55,780 nucleotides of DNA from an uncultured Candidatus Saccharibacteria bacterium (GTDB taxonomy: Bacteria; Patescibacteriota; Minisyncoccia; Phycocordibacterales; UBA12088): contig CAZWNC010000006.1 of assembly GCA_964635195.1 (NCBI GenBank), positions 1 to 55,780 of the forward strand, in the 5' to 3' direction. The translations under genes were made by a program, and so were the position numbers. A model generated the notes under the pieces. It was not told where the DNA came from, made no database searches, and saw only the letters and a list, made by a program, of their open reading frames with translations. Positions 55,344 to 55,780 of this stretch are shown here, one piece after another (the stretch's first letter is position 1; each line of letters opens with the position of its first letter).

Positions 55344-55780
55344 ATGGTCTACCGACACGCACACGGGAACATCGTATGGATTGATGCGGTCACACCAACA
55401 CAGGAAGAGGTGCGTGCACTCATGGAAGAATTCGACCTCGACCCACTCGTGGCCGATGAACTGCTGGCACCTTCGGTTCGCTCTCGCGTTGATACCCGAA
55501 ACGAATACTTTTATTTGGTGTTGCAGATTCCGGCATTCCGGCATTTACATGATCTCGACGGTGTTTCGCTCGAGCTTGATTTCGTTATCGGGAAGAACTG
55601 GATCATTACAACACGATACGACTCCATTAACCCGTTGCATGATTTTTCAAGACTGTTCGAGGTTGATACCATTCTCGGTCGAAACAACATGGGGGCACAT
55701 GCCGGGTATGTGTTTTACTACATGCTCACCGAGATATATCGCATGCTCCTCGACGAACTCACCCACATTGGCGTTCGACT
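55344..55780 (+). CDS. corA: CorA-family magnesium/cobalt transporter, N-terminal part (runs off window)
   Basis: The frame is open from the ATG at 55344 to the window end. MVYRHAHGNIVWIDAVTPTQEEVRALMEEFDLDPLVADELL...YFYLVLQIP...DFVIGKNWIITTRYD matches the CorA cytoplasmic domain pattern. The GMN motif lies beyond the window. Confidence 0.6.
   Translation, partial: MVYRHAHGNIVWIDAVTPTQEEVRALMEEFDLDPLVADELLAPSVRSRVDTRNEYFYLVLQIPAFRHLHDLDGVSLELDFVIGKNWIITTRYDSINPLHDFSRLFEVDTILGRNNMGAHAGYVFYYMLTEIYRMLLDELTHIGVR

Noticed and set aside
1-55780. CRISPR arrays, rRNA genes, prophage or defence-system gene clusters
   Set aside because: I saw no regularly spaced short direct repeats and no rRNA-like conserved stretches. 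I also saw no cluster of nuclease, helicase or methylase genes. The only mobile-element trace is the truncated integrase fragment at 30206-30517.

Overview
This is a 55.8-kb chromosomal window. GC is roughly 50% by eye, and all but five of about 50 protein genes lie on the minus strand.

**Gene content.** Housekeeping genes dominate: gatB, obg, lysS, class II RNR nrdJ, rsgA, dnaX, dus, an ftsQ-like gene, serS, dprA, rpoB-rpoC, trmD, rpsP and an S41 protease. Many small membrane or secreted hypotheticals sit between them. The short DnaX, a DUF2202 protein, a tail-anchored HTH protein and the scarcity of biosynthetic genes suggest a reduced-genome Patescibacteria/CPR-like bacterium; this is inference only. 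The genetic code looks standard, since TGA terminates lysS. RNA genes are tRNA-Ser(GGA) and tRNA-Gln(UUG). No rRNA or CRISPR array was seen.

**Most notable observations:**
1. A compact six-gene Hyf/Hyc-type operon (group 4 NiFe-hydrogenase / complex I-like) spans 11762-19070. Every NiFe and Fe-S ligand cysteine is substituted and no ferredoxin-type subunit is encoded, so the module is apparently redox-dead.
2. A divergently transcribed protein next to it carries beta-carbonic-anhydrase-like motifs (tentative).
3. A second tRNA-Gln copy is interrupted in its D-loop by a 187-bp insert. That insert itself carries the intact tRNA-Gln.
4. A low-GC cargo gene and an IS3-like integrase fragment are bracketed by ~570-bp direct repeats. 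The repeats duplicate a small membrane-protein gene and the 5' end of an lgt-like gene.
5. A Cys-rich radical SAM enzyme (possibly Tes/GDGT-MAS-like) is paired with that Lgt-like membrane protein.
6. A membrane-anchored ClpB-like ATPase has a degenerate first AAA domain.

All family calls come from reading motifs by eye; no searches were run.
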